DNA from: Longimicrobiales bacterium
GTDB taxonomy: Bacteria > Gemmatimonadota > Gemmatimonadetes > Longimicrobiales > Gaopeijiaceae
Assembly (NCBI GenBank): GCA_965248195.1
Contig: CBDFIQ010000002.1
Location: 2,048,001 to 2,112,000 of the forward strand
Reading direction: 5' to 3'
DNA length: 64,000 nt
The notes under the pieces are model-generated. The model did no database searches, was not told the origin of the DNA, and saw only the letters and a list, made by a program, of their open reading frames with translations. Below, piece by piece: positions 18,295 through 29,628 of this stretch. Position 1 is the first letter of the stretch, and each line of letters starts with the position of its first letter. The position numbers and the translations under genes were made by a program.

Positions 18295-19839
18295 CTATTC
18301 CCACTCGATGGTTGCGGGCGGCTTGGACGACACATCGTAGCACACGCGATTCACTCCCACGACCTCATTTCCGATCCGGGATGAAATCCGCGCGAGAAGG
18401 TCATGCGGGAAGGGATACCAGTCCGCAGTCATCCCGTCCCGAGAGGTCACCGCGCGCAGAGCGATCACGTTCTCGTACGTGCGGTTGTCCCCCATCACCC
18501 CCACTGCCTGGACGGGGAGAAGGACCGCGAAGGCCTGCCAGATCTCATCGTATAGTCCCGCCGACCTGATCTCGTCGAGATAGATCTCGTCGGCCTCTCG
18601 GAGCACGTCGAGTCGCTCCTTGGTCACCGCTCCAAGTACCCGGATGCCCAACCCGGGACCGGGGAACGGGTGCCGGCGTATGAATTCCTCCGCTAGACCG
18701 AGCTCCCGGCCAAGCCGTCGGACCTCGTCCTTGAAGAGCTCCCGAAGGGGCTCGATGAGCTCAAACGGCAGATCTTCGGGAAGCCCGCCGACATTGTGAT
18801 GGGTCTTGATCGTCTCCGACGGCCCCCCGGTGGAGAGGGACTCGATCACGTCCGGGTATAACGTTCCCTGAACGAGGTGGCCCGCCCCGGTGCCCTCCTC
18901 CTCGGCGACCCGGGTGAACACATCGATGAACACGTGGCCGATGGCCCGCCGTTTCTCTTCAGGGTCTTCGATTCCGTCGAGCGCTGCAAGGAACTCGTCG
19001 GCCGCGTCGACGACCACCAGACGTACCCCCATGTGCTTACGGAAAGTATGCTCGACGTCCTCCCGCTCGTGTTTTCGAAGGAGCCCGTTGTCGACGAAAA
19101 TGCACGTCAGTCGGTCCCCGATCGCCCGGTGGACGAGGGCAGCGGCAACGGAGGAGTCGACACCGCCGGACAGCCCGAGGATAGCGGTCCCATCGCCCAC
19201 CGTGGCTCGAATTGTTTCGAGCGACTCCTGTATGAAGGCCCCCGACGTCCACGTGGGGTGGCACCCGCAGATCCGGAGCAGAAAATTCGAAATGACCTCT
19301 TCACCGCGGGGCGTATGTGCCACTTCGGGATGAAACTGAACCCCGAAAATGGGACGTTCCGCATGCCGAAACGCCGCCACGGGCAGAGTCTCGGTCGAGG
19401 CGAGAGCACGGTAACCCTCCGGTGGCTGGTCGACGTGATCGGCGTGCGAGCACCATACCTGGGTGGGCTCCTCCGGCAGAAATCCATGGAACAGGTCCCC
19501 GGGCTCGATCACGGTCAGCTCGGCCCTGCCATACTCCCGGCGTCCGACAGTAACCTCACTTCCCTCCAACTGCGCGATGATCTGCATCCCGTAACAGATT
19601 CCTAGAACCGGAACGCCCAAGTGGAGGAGCTCCGCGTCCATGGTGGGGACACCCTCGTCGTAGACCGAAGCCGGGCCACCCGACAGGATGATTCCCTTGG
19701 GGGACCATTCCCGAATCCAGTCCAGTGATCGAGTCGGGGGTTGGATTTCGGAGTACACCCGCTCTTCCCGGATACGGCGGGCGATGAGCTGGGTGTACTG
19801 GGAGCCGAAGTCCAGAATTAGTATGCGATCGTGCTTCAC
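18295..19839 (-). CDS. guaA: GMP synthase (glutamine-hydrolysing)
   Basis: [46 protein letters not shown] and KPPATIEWE. Confidence 0.98.
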   Translation of the reverse strand: MKHDRILILDFGSQYTQLIARRIREERVYSEIQPPTRSLDWIREWSPKGIILSGGPASVYDEGVPTMDAELLHLGVPVLGICYGMQIIAQLEGSEVTVGRREYGRAELTVIEPGDLFHGFLPEEPTQVWCSHADHVDQPPEGYRALASTETLPVAAFRHAERPIFGVQFHPEVAHTPRGEEVISNFLLRICGCHPTWTSGAFIQESLETIRATVGDGTAILGLSGGVDSSVAAALVHRAIGDRLTCIFVDNGLLRKHEREDVEHTFRKHMGVRLVVVDAADEFLAALDGIEDPEEKRRAIGHVFIDVFTRVAEEEGTGAGHLVQGTLYPDVIESLSTGGPSETIKTHHNVGGLPEDLPFELIEPLRELFKDEVRRLGRELGLAEEFIRRHPFPGPGLGIRVLGAVTKERLDVLREADEIYLDEIRSAGLYDEIWQAFAVLLPVQAVGVMGDNRTYENVIALRAVTSRDGMTADWYPFPHDLLARISSRIGNEVVGVNRVCYDVSSKPPATIEWE

Positions 19840-21092
19840 GGCGTCTCACCCCGGAGTAAATCGTCGAGACTCTCGCGGCGGCGGGCCAGCGTAACTTCGG
19901 CACCGTCCACCACGACCTCGGCGGGCCTGGGCCGGGAGTTGTAGTTGGACGCCATCACGAAGCCGTAGGCGCCCGCGGTATGCACGGCAAGAAGGTCACC
20001 GTGAGTGGGCATCTGAAGCAGCCGGTCCCGTGCGAGGAAGTCCCCGGTCTCACAAATCGGACCGACCACGTCCACGACTTCGTGTGCCGCCTCTTCGCGC
20101 AAGACCACCGGCTCGATCCGATGAAACCCTTGGTAGTGGCTGGGACGTATGAGCTCGGTCATCCCACCGTCCATGACCACAAAGGTTTTCGGCCCCGAGT
20201 GCTTCACGTAAAGCACCTCGGTCACGAGGATCCCCGCCTCGCCGACGATGAACCGGCCGGGCTCCAGGATCAGGCGCAACCCCGTCTCGGCCACCCTCGG
20301 TACGACCATGGCCGCCAGATCCTCGACGGATAGCCCGCCCTCACCCTCGTAACCCACGCCAAAACCGCCGCCCAGGTCTACGAATTCGAGGTCGATCCCC
20401 TCCGCGCTCGCCTCGCTCGCCAGCTTCAAGACCTGATCAAGTGCTGTTTCGTAGGGCGCCGGCTCCAGAATTTGTGAGCCGATGTGGACGTCGATTCCCC
20501 GGATTTCGAGCATGGGGTGGTCGGCAACCGACCGATATAGGTCCAGGACGCGATCCACCGGGATCCCGAACTTGGTGGCCCCGTGCCCGGTGCGTGTGTA
20601 CTCGTGGGGGGTGTCGGCGACGATGTCCGGATTGACCCGAAGGGCTATCGGCGCAGGTTTACCCAACCGCTCAGCCACCTGGCCGAGTACCTGGAGCTCC
20701 TCGGCACTCTCGACGTTGAACGCGAGGATCCCAGCTTCCAGCGCCGCTTCCATCTCCACCTCGGTCTTTCCCACTCCGGCGAAGACGATGTCGTTCGGAG
20801 AGATCCCAACGGCGAGGCACCGGTGGAGCTCTCCCCGGCTCACGATATCCGCGCCCGCACCGAGGGTCTTGAGCCGCCGGAGGATCTCCAGGTTCGAGTT
20901 GGCCTTGACCGAATAAGCGAGCAGAAGATCTACGCCGGCAAAAGCCGCCTCGATTCGCCGATAGGCGGCTTCGATCACGCCCGCGTCGTATACGTAAAGC
21001 GGGGAACCGAACTCGGTGACCAGATCGGCAACCCTGCGCTCGCCGGCCCACAACTCGCCGTCGATGCGTGGAAAGGGCTGCTTCAGGGCCAT
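19836..21092 (-). CDS. lysA: Diaminopimelate decarboxylase
   Basis: YSVKAN, KFG, HIGSQI, EPGR, GPICE-GD and GAYG--MASNYN; start set at ATG 21092. Confidence 0.95.
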   Translation of the reverse strand: MALKQPFPRIDGELWAGERRVADLVTEFGSPLYVYDAGVIEAAYRRIEAAFAGVDLLLAYSVKANSNLEILRRLKTLGAGADIVSRGELHRCLAVGISPNDIVFAGVGKTEVEMEAALEAGILAFNVESAEELQVLGQVAERLGKPAPIALRVNPDIVADTPHEYTRTGHGATKFGIPVDRVLDLYRSVADHPMLEIRGIDVHIGSQILEPAPYETALDQVLKLASEASAEGIDLEFVDLGGGFGVGYEGEGGLSVEDLAAMVVPRVAETGLRLILEPGRFIVGEAGILVTEVLYVKHSGPKTFVVMDGGMTELIRPSHYQGFHRIEPVVLREEAAHEVVDVVGPICETGDFLARDRLLQMPTHGDLLAVHTAGAYGFVMASNYNSRPRPAEVVVDGAEVTLARRRESLDDLLRGETP

Positions 21093-21108
21093 GGGGTGCT
21101 GATCGGTG

Positions 21109-22569
21109 TCAATACGCTCTTGCCCACACGACCTCCATGGTGGCCTCCCCTTCGCCCCCGATGCACTTCTTGGGGGTCTCGGCGGATCGAAATTCTTCTT
21201 CTGGGATGCATCGAAGCGTGGCCTTCGTCTCCTCCTTGATTCGCTCCTCGACGGCCGGGTCTCCGCTCCACCCCGTGTAGACGTAGCCGCCCGAGCTTTC
21301 CACGATCTCGGCGAGTTCACCAATGGTCTCCACGCCGCGATGGGAATTCTCTTCCCGGCGGGCCGTCGCGGCCTCCAGGAGCTTGGTCTGGAAGGTGTCG
21401 AGCCGCTCCGGAATCGTCGCAAGCGCCTCAGCCTCCGGCAGGAACTCCTTTCGCGGCTCCTCCTCCGCACGCAGGCGCTTGGCCAGAACTACCTGCTCCT
21501 TGTCCATGTCCTTCGGCCCGACCTCCATCCGGAGGGGGACGCCCTTCCGCTCCCATTCGTAGTACTTGTTACCCGGACTCAGGTGGTCACGGACGTCGAC
21601 CTTGGCACGCACGCCTCGATCCGCCAGGGAGCTCCGGAGAGCCTCGGCCTTCTCCAGGACAGGACCGACATCGTCGCCCTTGAGGATCGGCACGATCACC
21701 ACCTGGGTCGGTGCCAGCTTGGGAGGCAACACAAGCCCCTGATCATCTCCGTGTGTCATCACCAACCCCCCCACGAGGCGCGTGGATACACCCCAGGACG
21801 TGTTCCAGCCGTACTCCTCCTTGCCCTCTTCGGATTGGAAAGTGAGCTCGAACTGCTTGGAGAAATTCTGGCCGAGGAAGTGGGACGTGCCGGCCTGCAG
21901 CGCCCGATTGTCCTGCATCATGGCTTCACACGAATAGCTACGAACCGCGCCGGCGAACTTCTCGGAATCGGACTTGAGGCCGGTGACCGGCGGCATGGCC
22001 ATCCACTCCTCCATGAACGTCCGGTATACAGCCAGCATCCGCAGCGTGTGTTCCTCCGCCTCTTCTGCTGTGGCGTGAACCGTATGCCCTTCCTGCCACA
22101 AGAATTCAGAGGTGCGAAGGAACAGCCGGGTGCGTAGCTCCCAGCGCATGACGTTTGCCCACTGGTTCATGAGCAGCGGAAGATCGCGGTAGCTCTGGAT
22201 CCACTTCGCGTACATCGACATGATGACCGTTTCGGAGGTGGGCCGCACCACCAGCGGCTCCTCGAGCTCCTTTCCGCCTGCATGGGTTACGACCGCGAGC
22301 TCTGGCTTGAAGCCCTCGATGTGCGCCTTCTCCTTCTCGATGAAGCTCATCGGGATCAGGAGTGGGAAGTACGCGTTCTCATGGCCCGTCGCCTTGAACA
22401 TGTCGTCCAGGGCTCGTTGCATGTTTTCCCAGATGGCGTAACCCCACGGCCGAATGACCATGCTTCCCTTGACGGGGGAGTAATCGGCAAGCTCCGACCG
22501 GAGCACCAACTGGTTGTACCAGGCCGAGAAGTCCTCGGCGCGGGTCGTCAGCTTTTTATCGTCCGCCAT
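21109..22569 (-). CDS. proS: Proline--tRNA ligase, archaeal/eukaryote-like type
   Basis: RPTSET, QWANVMRWE, FLRTSEFLWQEGHT, QAGTSH-LGQNF and SWGVSTR; C-terminal ARAY; no INS editing domain. Confidence 0.96.
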   Translation of the reverse strand: MADDKKLTTRAEDFSAWYNQLVLRSELADYSPVKGSMVIRPWGYAIWENMQRALDDMFKATGHENAYFPLLIPMSFIEKEKAHIEGFKPELAVVTHAGGKELEEPLVVRPTSETVIMSMYAKWIQSYRDLPLLMNQWANVMRWELRTRLFLRTSEFLWQEGHTVHATAEEAEEHTLRMLAVYRTFMEEWMAMPPVTGLKSDSEKFAGAVRSYSCEAMMQDNRALQAGTSHFLGQNFSKQFELTFQSEEGKEEYGWNTSWGVSTRLVGGLVMTHGDDQGLVLPPKLAPTQVVIVPILKGDDVGPVLEKAEALRSSLADRGVRAKVDVRDHLSPGNKYYEWERKGVPLRMEVGPKDMDKEQVVLAKRLRAEEEPRKEFLPEAEALATIPERLDTFQTKLLEAATARREENSHRGVETIGELAEIVESSGGYVYTGWSGDPAVEERIKEETKATLRCIPEEEFRSAETPKKCIGGEGEATMEVVWARAY

Positions 22570-22912
22570 GGTCTCTCTTTTCGGTGATATCCTCGGTAGG
22601 GGCGGTGGGGAAGCTTGCGTCGGCAGGGGCACTACCGGCGGTCCCCGCACCGCCTTCTCGGACCCGCTCAGCATGGCGCTCCCGCCTGAGCACTACCCAG
22701 CCGGGCACAACGAAGAAGAGGAGCGACGAGAGGGCCCATGTCAGCCTAGACGGAGCTCCGGTCATAATCTCGAGGATCCACGCCGTGAGCGCCCCAGCCA
22801 ACAGCGCGAGCGCCATGAGGACACCCAGAATCACGATCTCCAAGGCGTTCAATCTGCGGATGGCGGTCTCCATCATTCGCCTAGTCCCGGCATGTTCCTC
22901 ACCGCTGTTCAT
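22556..22912 (-). CDS. Hypothetical two-TM membrane protein
   Basis: Two hydrophobic helices; overlaps the hisS stop and the proS start. Confidence 0.65.
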   Translation of the reverse strand: MNSGEEHAGTRRMMETAIRRLNALEIVILGVLMALALLAGALTAWILEIMTGAPSRLTWALSSLLFFVVPGWVVLRRERHAERVREGGAGTAGSAPADASFPTAPTEDITEKRDHGGR

Positions 22913-24201
22913 TGAAGCTCCTTCAGCGGGACCTCTCGCTCCTCACCTGAGGCCATGTCGCGCAACAGCGCACACTCTCGAGCGACCTCATCCGGTCCCA
23001 GCACAATTACTTGACGAGCGCCGGCGTTACCCGCGGCGGTGAATTGCTTCCGCACTGGTTGCTCACGCAGCGAGTACTGCACGCCGGCTCCCCTATCACG
23101 CTGCGCATGAGCGATGGAGTGGGCGAGCTTGCGGTGCTCTTCGCCGATGATCACGATGAAATAATCCACTTCGGGCGCTAACGACGGTGCGAGGTCGCGG
23201 GCACGGAGAAGCTCGCCGAGCACGACATCGCCCATCCCGAAGCCGACCGCCGGAAGGGGGTCGCCCCCAACCAACTCGAGCAATCCATCGTATCGCCCGC
23301 CCCCACAGATGGCCCGCAACTCTCCTTTTCGGTCGAAGATTTCGAACACGATTCCGGTGTAGTAGGCCAAGCCCCGGACGATGCGAAGATCGAACTCGAC
23401 AAAGGACCCCAGCCCCATGGCTTCCAAGGAGCCGAAGTACTCCTCCATACGCTCCAGCTCTGCGGCAACCGCTGCGAGATCACCAAATTCCCCTCTGAGG
23501 CTGTCGAGGCCGCCCTCCCCGCCTTGATTAAGCAGTTCAAAAGTGGAGCGGGCGCCTTCCTCGTCCAACCCCACCTCCGCCTGAAGACGGTCCAGTGAGT
23601 GGTCCACGGGCGCACGCTCGATCTTATCGATGACCACGAAGGCCGCCGGAAGCCGCTCCTCCTCGACGCCGATCGCCAACAAGATCGCGGTCAGAAGCCG
23701 CCGATCCGAGACCCGCGCCTGGACGTCGTCCCGACCGAGCCCCAGGTCACGGAGACCGTCGAGGGCCACCGCGATCACCTCGACGTCCGCCCCGACACCC
23801 TCCTCACCGATCACATCCACGTTCCACTGAAAATGCTCCCGGAGGCGCCCCTTCTGTTGCCGCTCGTAGCGAAACAGCTGGGGGACCGAAAACCAGCGAA
23901 TCGGCTTCGCCATGGACCGGTGGCGCTCGCCGAGGATCCGGGCCAGGGAAGGCGTCATCTCCGGCCTCAAGGCGACGTTCCGATCACCCTTGTCCTGGAA
24001 ATGATAGAGTTGGCCGACGATCTCCTCGCCACTCTTCTCCACGTACAGATCGAGGGGCTCCAGGGGTGGGCCGTCGTACTCCTGGAATCCATATCGAGCT
24101 GAAACGCGGCGCCAGGCGCCCAAGAGATGCTCTCGGAAAGCCAGCTCCTCGGGAAGGAAATCCCGAAAACCCGGAAGCCGCGCGAAGGTCTGCTTGGACA
24201 T
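22909..24201 (-). CDS. hisS: Histidine--tRNA ligase
   Basis: G-RDFLP, LRPEMTP, FRYER-Q-GR-REH-Q, RGLAYYTG and GGGRYD; start at ATG 24201. Confidence 0.96.
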   Translation of the reverse strand: MSKQTFARLPGFRDFLPEELAFREHLLGAWRRVSARYGFQEYDGPPLEPLDLYVEKSGEEIVGQLYHFQDKGDRNVALRPEMTPSLARILGERHRSMAKPIRWFSVPQLFRYERQQKGRLREHFQWNVDVIGEEGVGADVEVIAVALDGLRDLGLGRDDVQARVSDRRLLTAILLAIGVEEERLPAAFVVIDKIERAPVDHSLDRLQAEVGLDEEGARSTFELLNQGGEGGLDSLRGEFGDLAAVAAELERMEEYFGSLEAMGLGSFVEFDLRIVRGLAYYTGIVFEIFDRKGELRAICGGGRYDGLLELVGGDPLPAVGFGMGDVVLGELLRARDLAPSLAPEVDYFIVIIGEEHRKLAHSIAHAQRDRGAGVQYSLREQPVRKQFTAAGNAGARQVIVLGPDEVARECALLRDMASGEEREVPLKELQ

Positions 24202-24349
24202 GCGGGCGAATCTAAACTTGCAATGGGGAAAGTACAGTGGACGGGAACTCGTCCCGCGCGAGAAGTCTGTTGAAGGAGTACCGTGGTCCGCCACCCGTGC
24301 TGACGCACGGGTACCCGGGATGCCACGGTCGCATATCCTTCAACAGCCT

Positions 24350-25690
24350 TCAACTCTCCAGGCCAAGCGCCCTCAACGCGTCCCCGACCGTATGGGCCGA
24401 TCCGGTCACCACGATCGTTCCCGAGCCCGCGAGTTCCCGAGCCCGATGCAGAGCGTCGTCGAAGTCCATTCGGATCTCCGCGATTCCCGACCCGGTTTCC
24501 GTGACCGCCGCGTGGGGGTCCCATCTGCGCGCCAACGGCGCGGAAGGTGCCTGCGTGAGGACCGCGTGGTCCGCTTTCGCGAACAGGGGCGGAAGCATCT
24601 CACGCCAGTCTTTGTCGCCGAGCACGGCTGTAAGAACCACGATAGGACGCCGGAGCTGCAGCCGTCCCAGTACCGAGGCAAGCGCCGCGGCACCGGCAGT
24701 ATTGTGGGCGATATCGAACACCCACGTCCTTCCTTCGAGGTGCTCCACCTGAACCCGACCGGGCCAGTTTACCCGAACAATCCCCTGCACGAGCGCGGCA
24801 CGGTCGGGGCGGAAGTGCGGTGGCATCCGCTCGAGCAACGCCACGGCCAACGCTCCGTTCACGGCCTGATGCTCACCGGGTAGTGGTGTCTGGAGGCGGA
24901 GCCTACCCCAGGCCACCGTCGACACATCGAAGGCTGTGTGATCCTCCCTCACGTCCACCGACATCGATCCGGGTTCGTACGGGACGTGGATGAAGGGAGC
25001 AATGAGAGAGTCGCACATGGCTGAAAGCACGGATCGAATGCGGGCATCCGGCTCCGCGGTGAGCAAGGGAACGCCACTCTTGATGATGCCCCCCTTTTCC
25101 AGGGCGATCTCGTTCAGGGTCGAGCCGAGATAGTCACCGTGATCCAGGTCTACGTTGGTGATCGCGGTAAGGAACGGAGTCACCACATTCGTGGCATCGA
25201 GCCGGCCACCCAATCCGACCTCGATGACGGAGACCTCGACCCTCCTTCTCTGAAAGAGATGGAAGGCGAGGCCCGTCGTCGCCTCGAAAAACGTCAGGGA
25301 GTGACGCCTGATTTCCGGATCGAGTTCCCGAGCCAAAGCGCGGAGCTCATCATCCCCGACCGGATCTCCACTGATCTGAAAACGTTCCCGGAAGAAACGG
25401 AGGTGGGGTGATGTGTAGAGTCCCACCCTGTGGCCCGCGTTGTTCAACACCGATGCGACGGTCGAAGCTACCGACCCCTTCCCGTTGGTCCCGCCGACAT
25501 GGACACAGGGAATCGGGAGGTGGGGATCACCCGTGTCACGAAGGAAGGCCTCCATCCGCCCCAGGCCCCATTTGATGCCGTGCGGCACATGCGGAAAAAG
25601 CTCGTTGACCAGCGGGTCCCCGGGCACCTTGGTCAATGGATGGGGGAGCTGGACCGATGAGGGACCAGAGGTCCAGTCGGGACCCACCAT
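24350..25690 (-). CDS. folC: Folylpolyglutamate synthase/dihydrofolate synthase
   Basis: HVGGTNGKGS, YTSPHL, EVGLGGRLDATN, EKGGI, WPGR, D-AHN and TGS. Confidence 0.95.
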   Translation of the reverse strand: MVGPDWTSGPSSVQLPHPLTKVPGDPLVNELFPHVPHGIKWGLGRMEAFLRDTGDPHLPIPCVHVGGTNGKGSVASTVASVLNNAGHRVGLYTSPHLRFFRERFQISGDPVGDDELRALARELDPEIRRHSLTFFEATTGLAFHLFQRRRVEVSVIEVGLGGRLDATNVVTPFLTAITNVDLDHGDYLGSTLNEIALEKGGIIKSGVPLLTAEPDARIRSVLSAMCDSLIAPFIHVPYEPGSMSVDVREDHTAFDVSTVAWGRLRLQTPLPGEHQAVNGALAVALLERMPPHFRPDRAALVQGIVRVNWPGRVQVEHLEGRTWVFDIAHNTAGAAALASVLGRLQLRRPIVVLTAVLGDKDWREMLPPLFAKADHAVLTQAPSAPLARRWDPHAAVTETGSGIAEIRMDFDDALHRARELAGSGTIVVTGSAHTVGDALRALGLES

Positions 25691-26529
25691 CAGGCGATCA
25701 TATGGCGGAGAAGCACTCCAATGGTCGTCTTCAGTTCCCTCCGATCCACCACACGATCGATCATTCCGTGCTGGAGCAGGAACTCCGAGCGTTGGAAGCC
25801 GTCGGGCAGTTCCTGGCCGATGGTCTCGGCGATGACCCGTGGGCCCGCGAAACCGATCAGGGCGCCGGGCTCGGCGAGGTTGACGTCTCCAAGCATCGCA
25901 TGGGAGGCCGTGACTCCCCCCGTCGTCGGGTCGGTGATGATGGAGATGTAGGGCAAGCCCGCCTCATGCAGGCGGGCAAGAGCGGTCGAGGTCTTCGCCA
26001 ACTGCATCAGCGAATAGATGCCCTCCTGCATGCGGGCACCGCCGGAGGCGCTCACGACGATCAGCGGCTCCTTCCGCTCCACCGCCGTGCGTCCCGCTCG
26101 GGCGATCTTCTCTCCTACGGCGGATCCCATCGACCCGCCGACGAAGCGGAAGTCCATTACGGCAAGGGTCAGGCCGAGCCCCTCGAGTGTGCCGGTGCCC
26201 GCGAGGACCGCACTCTTCCGGCCCACCTTCGTTTCCGCCTCCTGTAGGCGTGCCTTGTACGGCTTGAGGTCCGTGAACCCGAGAGGATCCTTACTGTGCA
26301 CACCCTCGTCGATCTCTTCGAAGGAACCCTCGTCGAGCAGAATCTCCACATACCGCTCGGGAGCAAGCCGAAAATGGTGCCCGCAGCTGGGGCAGACCTG
26401 GAGATTCTGCGCGAGTTTCTCGGCGTACAAGATTTCGCCGCAGCCCTGGCACTTGTCGAAGACATCGGTCGGCAGGTCTCGCCGGTCTTGCGACTTTAAA
26501 GGCTGCTTATCCTTACGAAACCAAGCCAT
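25690..26529 (-). CDS. accD: Acetyl-CoA carboxylase carboxyltransferase beta subunit
   Basis: CxxC...CxxC zinc finger, GGSMG, SGGARMQEG, PTTGGV-AS and GFAGPRVI. Confidence 0.97.
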   Translation of the reverse strand: MAWFRKDKQPLKSQDRRDLPTDVFDKCQGCGEILYAEKLAQNLQVCPSCGHHFRLAPERYVEILLDEGSFEEIDEGVHSKDPLGFTDLKPYKARLQEAETKVGRKSAVLAGTGTLEGLGLTLAVMDFRFVGGSMGSAVGEKIARAGRTAVERKEPLIVVSASGGARMQEGIYSLMQLAKTSTALARLHEAGLPYISIITDPTTGGVTASHAMLGDVNLAEPGALIGFAGPRVIAETIGQELPDGFQRSEFLLQHGMIDRVVDRRELKTTIGVLLRHMIA

Positions 26530-27768
26530 TTATTCCTCGCCGGCGAGTCTCGCCGCCACGGCTACGGCGACCCAAGACATCAGGAGGAAAGTCCCGCCGT
26601 AACTGACGAAAGGCAGGGGAATTCCCGTCACCGGCACCATGCCGACAGTCATGCCGATATTGACGAAAATGTGGACGAGCCAGGCTCCGAAGATACCGAA
26701 GATCACGAGGCCTGCAAACGGATCGGCTTCTCCCTCGGCCATCTTCACGAGCCGATAAAGAATGAGCGCGAATAGCGACAGCGTGAGGATGGTTCCGAGG
26801 TACCCCAGCTCCTCTCCGATGACGGAAAAAATGAAGTCCGTGTGCTGCTCGGGAAGAAAGTCGAAGCGCTTTTGTGTCCCGGCCGTAAACCCTTTTCCAG
26901 TCGGGCCGCCGCTCCCGATAGCCACCATCGACTGAATGACGTGGTAGCCCGCTCCCCGGGGATCGACGCTCGGGTCCAGATACACCAGAATGCGATTCTG
27001 CTGATACTCGGCCAACGAATTCCAAAGCGGGGTGGAGATCGTGCCGGCTGCCAGGTTCGCCAGAACGACCGAAAGCGACTCCACCAGGAAGAGCCGATAC
27101 CGGTAGAGGTATAAGGCCCCGACCACGAGCACGAAGAAAGCGGCCCAAATTCGAGTATCGAAGCTGAGCACCAAGCCGATACCCGGGGTCAGCAACAACG
27201 CCATCAACCCGATCGGCGTCCCAGCCCAGAACAGGGCCGCGAAAAGAATTCCCACGAAGGCGAGAGCCGTGCCGAGATCGGGCTGCAGGATGACAAGCAC
27301 CAGTGGTACTCCCACGATGGCCGCGGGAGGCACGAGAGCCCGGAGCGTAGCGGGATCTTCCGGACGGGTCCCCAAATACTTCGCCAACGCGAGGATCGTG
27401 GCGAGCTTGGCAAATTCGGAGGGCTGAAAACGAATGAACCCGAGATCCAGGAAGCTCCTCACTCCGGCAGCCGTTCCGGAGCCGGTCCCGACGATGAGCG
27501 TGATCACGAGAAGGAGAACGCTCACGACGTACGCGGGCACTGCAACCCACTCGAACCACCGAGGACCGATCTGGCGGATGAGCGTGAAGCAGACCAGCGC
27601 GATCGCCGCCCACTGAGCCTGGCGAATCCAGGCACCTTCGGTGACTGGGCTCGGGATGTTCAGGACGCCCGCCGAGTAGATCATGGCGACGCCGAAGGCC
27701 GTCATCAGGAGCACCGCCAGGAACAGGGCCGGATCGCCCACCCAGCGGTTGAAAAATTTACCGATCAT
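26530..27768 (-). CDS. rodA: Rod shape-determining SEDS glycosyltransferase
   Basis: QPSEFAK, QPDLGT, GSGG, PE-HTDFIF, E-LG, P-TGIPLPF-SYGG; follows mrdA. Confidence 0.95.
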   Translation of the reverse strand: MIGKFFNRWVGDPALFLAVLLMTAFGVAMIYSAGVLNIPSPVTEGAWIRQAQWAAIALVCFTLIRQIGPRWFEWVAVPAYVVSVLLLVITLIVGTGSGTAAGVRSFLDLGFIRFQPSEFAKLATILALAKYLGTRPEDPATLRALVPPAAIVGVPLVLVILQPDLGTALAFVGILFAALFWAGTPIGLMALLLTPGIGLVLSFDTRIWAAFFVLVVGALYLYRYRLFLVESLSVVLANLAAGTISTPLWNSLAEYQQNRILVYLDPSVDPRGAGYHVIQSMVAIGSGGPTGKGFTAGTQKRFDFLPEQHTDFIFSVIGEELGYLGTILTLSLFALILYRLVKMAEGEADPFAGLVIFGIFGAWLVHIFVNIGMTVGMVPVTGIPLPFVSYGGTFLLMSWVAVAVAARLAGEE

Positions 27769-27792
27769 CGAAGGACGGTCCGTCCCGGTGAA

Positions 27793-29628
27793 TCACCGAG
27801 CCCAGGGAGCGGGCCGCCCCGCCTCGAAGTGCTCCCGTAGGGTCTGGATCCGATCGATGGGGGGCGGGAGCCCATGCTTGCGGCGCAAGTAAAAGTCCGC
27901 CGTCTTGGCCATGAGCGGCGCCGCCATGCTCGACCCGCTTTCCCCGAACTCCACGAGCGCCACCACCACGATTTCCGGCTCACCGCCCCAGGGTCCGGCC
28001 ATGCCGGCGAACCATGCATGGGGGCGCTCGGTATCTTGAGCGTTCTGACTGGTTCCGGTTTTTCCGAGGACCTCCCAGTGTTCAAGAGCCGTCCCGAAGT
28101 ACGCCGTCCCTCCCGGAGAGGTGACCCCACGCAAACCCTCCCGAAGCACCGCGATACTCTCGGTCGACACGTTGAGGCTCCAGCCCTCGCTCGGGTCGGG
28201 ATTCTCGAGCAGGTGGGGCGTCGGCGCGGAGCCATCTCTGGCCAACGCGAGATAGAACTGTGCCATCTTGAGCGGCGTCTGGGAGTTGGGACCCTGCCCG
28301 ATTCCCAGACTCAGAACTTCACCTTCTTGGGGTTCGTACCCGAATTCACGCTGCCAGAAATCCCGCCCCTCCGGAAAGATGCCGCTGCTTTCCTGCGGCA
28401 GGTCGATGCCGCACTGCTCGGCGAAGCCGATCCGGGTACCCGCCTCGAGCATCGCGTCCAGCCCGATCTTCAGCCCGAGCTGATAGAAGTACACGTTACA
28501 CGAGTTGGCTATGGCTCCCGCCAAATCCAGATAACCGTGACCCTCGGCGAGCCAGCACCCGCGGTAGAGGCCGCCATAGACCAATCCTCCCGTGCAGGGC
28601 TCCGGCATTTCCTCGTGGGGACCCACCACACCCCGATCCAGGGCGATGGCCGCAGCCGCCAGCTTCCAGGTAGAGCCGGGCGGATAGAGTCCCATCACGC
28701 TCCGGTTGAACAGCGGCTTCCGCGGATCGGATTCGAGCACGGCCCATTCCTCGGGGGTCAACCCGGCTACGAACGCGTTCGGATCGAACGTGGGCGCGGA
28801 GTACAACGCCAGCACCCCGCCAGTCGCCGGATCCAGGGCGACCACCGCCCCCGGGAGCGAGTCCGGGAAGATGTGGTGAATCCACTCCATCAAATCGAGA
28901 TCGAGCGTGAGCCGAATATCTTCGCCTGGCTGACCGGGGTCTTCTTCGATGCCGGCGAGTGAGCCCACGATGCGGCCCAAGGCGTCGACCTCGAGATATC
29001 GCACCCCCCGGCGCCCCTGGAGCCGCTCTTCATATTGGCGTTCGATTCCCACCTTCCCGATCAAGAGGCCGGGCTCGTACTCCGAAAAGCGAGGTTCGGT
29101 GAGTTCTTCAGCGGTGATCTCGTTGACGTAGCCCAACACGTGAGAGGCGGCGCTCCCCGCAATGTAGCGCCGCTTGGGCCTCGTCTCGATAACGATACCG
29201 GGGAGGTCTTCGCGTCTCTCTTCGAGGACCGAGACCGCCCCAAAATCGGCATCGATATCGACGATGAGAGGCTCCCACCGCTGGTACCGATCCATCAGGC
29301 TCTCGATCCCCTCGTCCGAAAGCCCGAGAAGGGGCCTGAGCCTCTCCAGGGTCTCTCGTGTCGATTCACGGGACTCCCGGAGGACGTAGATGACGTATCC
29401 CGGAATGTTGTCCGCTATGACCCGGTCCTTCCGATCGAAAATCGTTCCGCGGGGCGCAGCAACAGGGAGAGGTCGAAGTCGATTCGACTCCGACTGGAGC
29501 ATATAGTCGTTCGACTGCAACATCTGGACGCGGAAGAACTGGACGGCCAGCGCGCCGATGACGATCACCACGATTCCGAAGGCCCCCGTCGCGCGCCGGC
29601 GTCTGTTGTGCGGATGTACCAGCCTCAT
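27793..29628 (-). CDS. mrdA: Penicillin-binding protein 2
   Basis: N-terminal TM, APRG-IFDR, STWK (SxxK), SCN (SxN) and KTG. Confidence 0.95.
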   Translation of the reverse strand: MRLVHPHNRRRRATGAFGIVVIVIGALAVQFFRVQMLQSNDYMLQSESNRLRPLPVAAPRGTIFDRKDRVIADNIPGYVIYVLRESRESTRETLERLRPLLGLSDEGIESLMDRYQRWEPLIVDIDADFGAVSVLEERREDLPGIVIETRPKRRYIAGSAASHVLGYVNEITAEELTEPRFSEYEPGLLIGKVGIERQYEERLQGRRGVRYLEVDALGRIVGSLAGIEEDPGQPGEDIRLTLDLDLMEWIHHIFPDSLPGAVVALDPATGGVLALYSAPTFDPNAFVAGLTPEEWAVLESDPRKPLFNRSVMGLYPPGSTWKLAAAAIALDRGVVGPHEEMPEPCTGGLVYGGLYRGCWLAEGHGYLDLAGAIANSCNVYFYQLGLKIGLDAMLEAGTRIGFAEQCGIDLPQESSGIFPEGRDFWQREFGYEPQEGEVLSLGIGQGPNSQTPLKMAQFYLALARDGSAPTPHLLENPDPSEGWSLNVSTESIAVLREGLRGVTSPGGTAYFGTALEHWEVLGKTGTSQNAQDTERPHAWFAGMAGPWGGEPEIVVVALVEFGESGSSMAAPLMAKTADFYLRRKHGLPPPIDRIQTLREHFEAGRPAPWAR

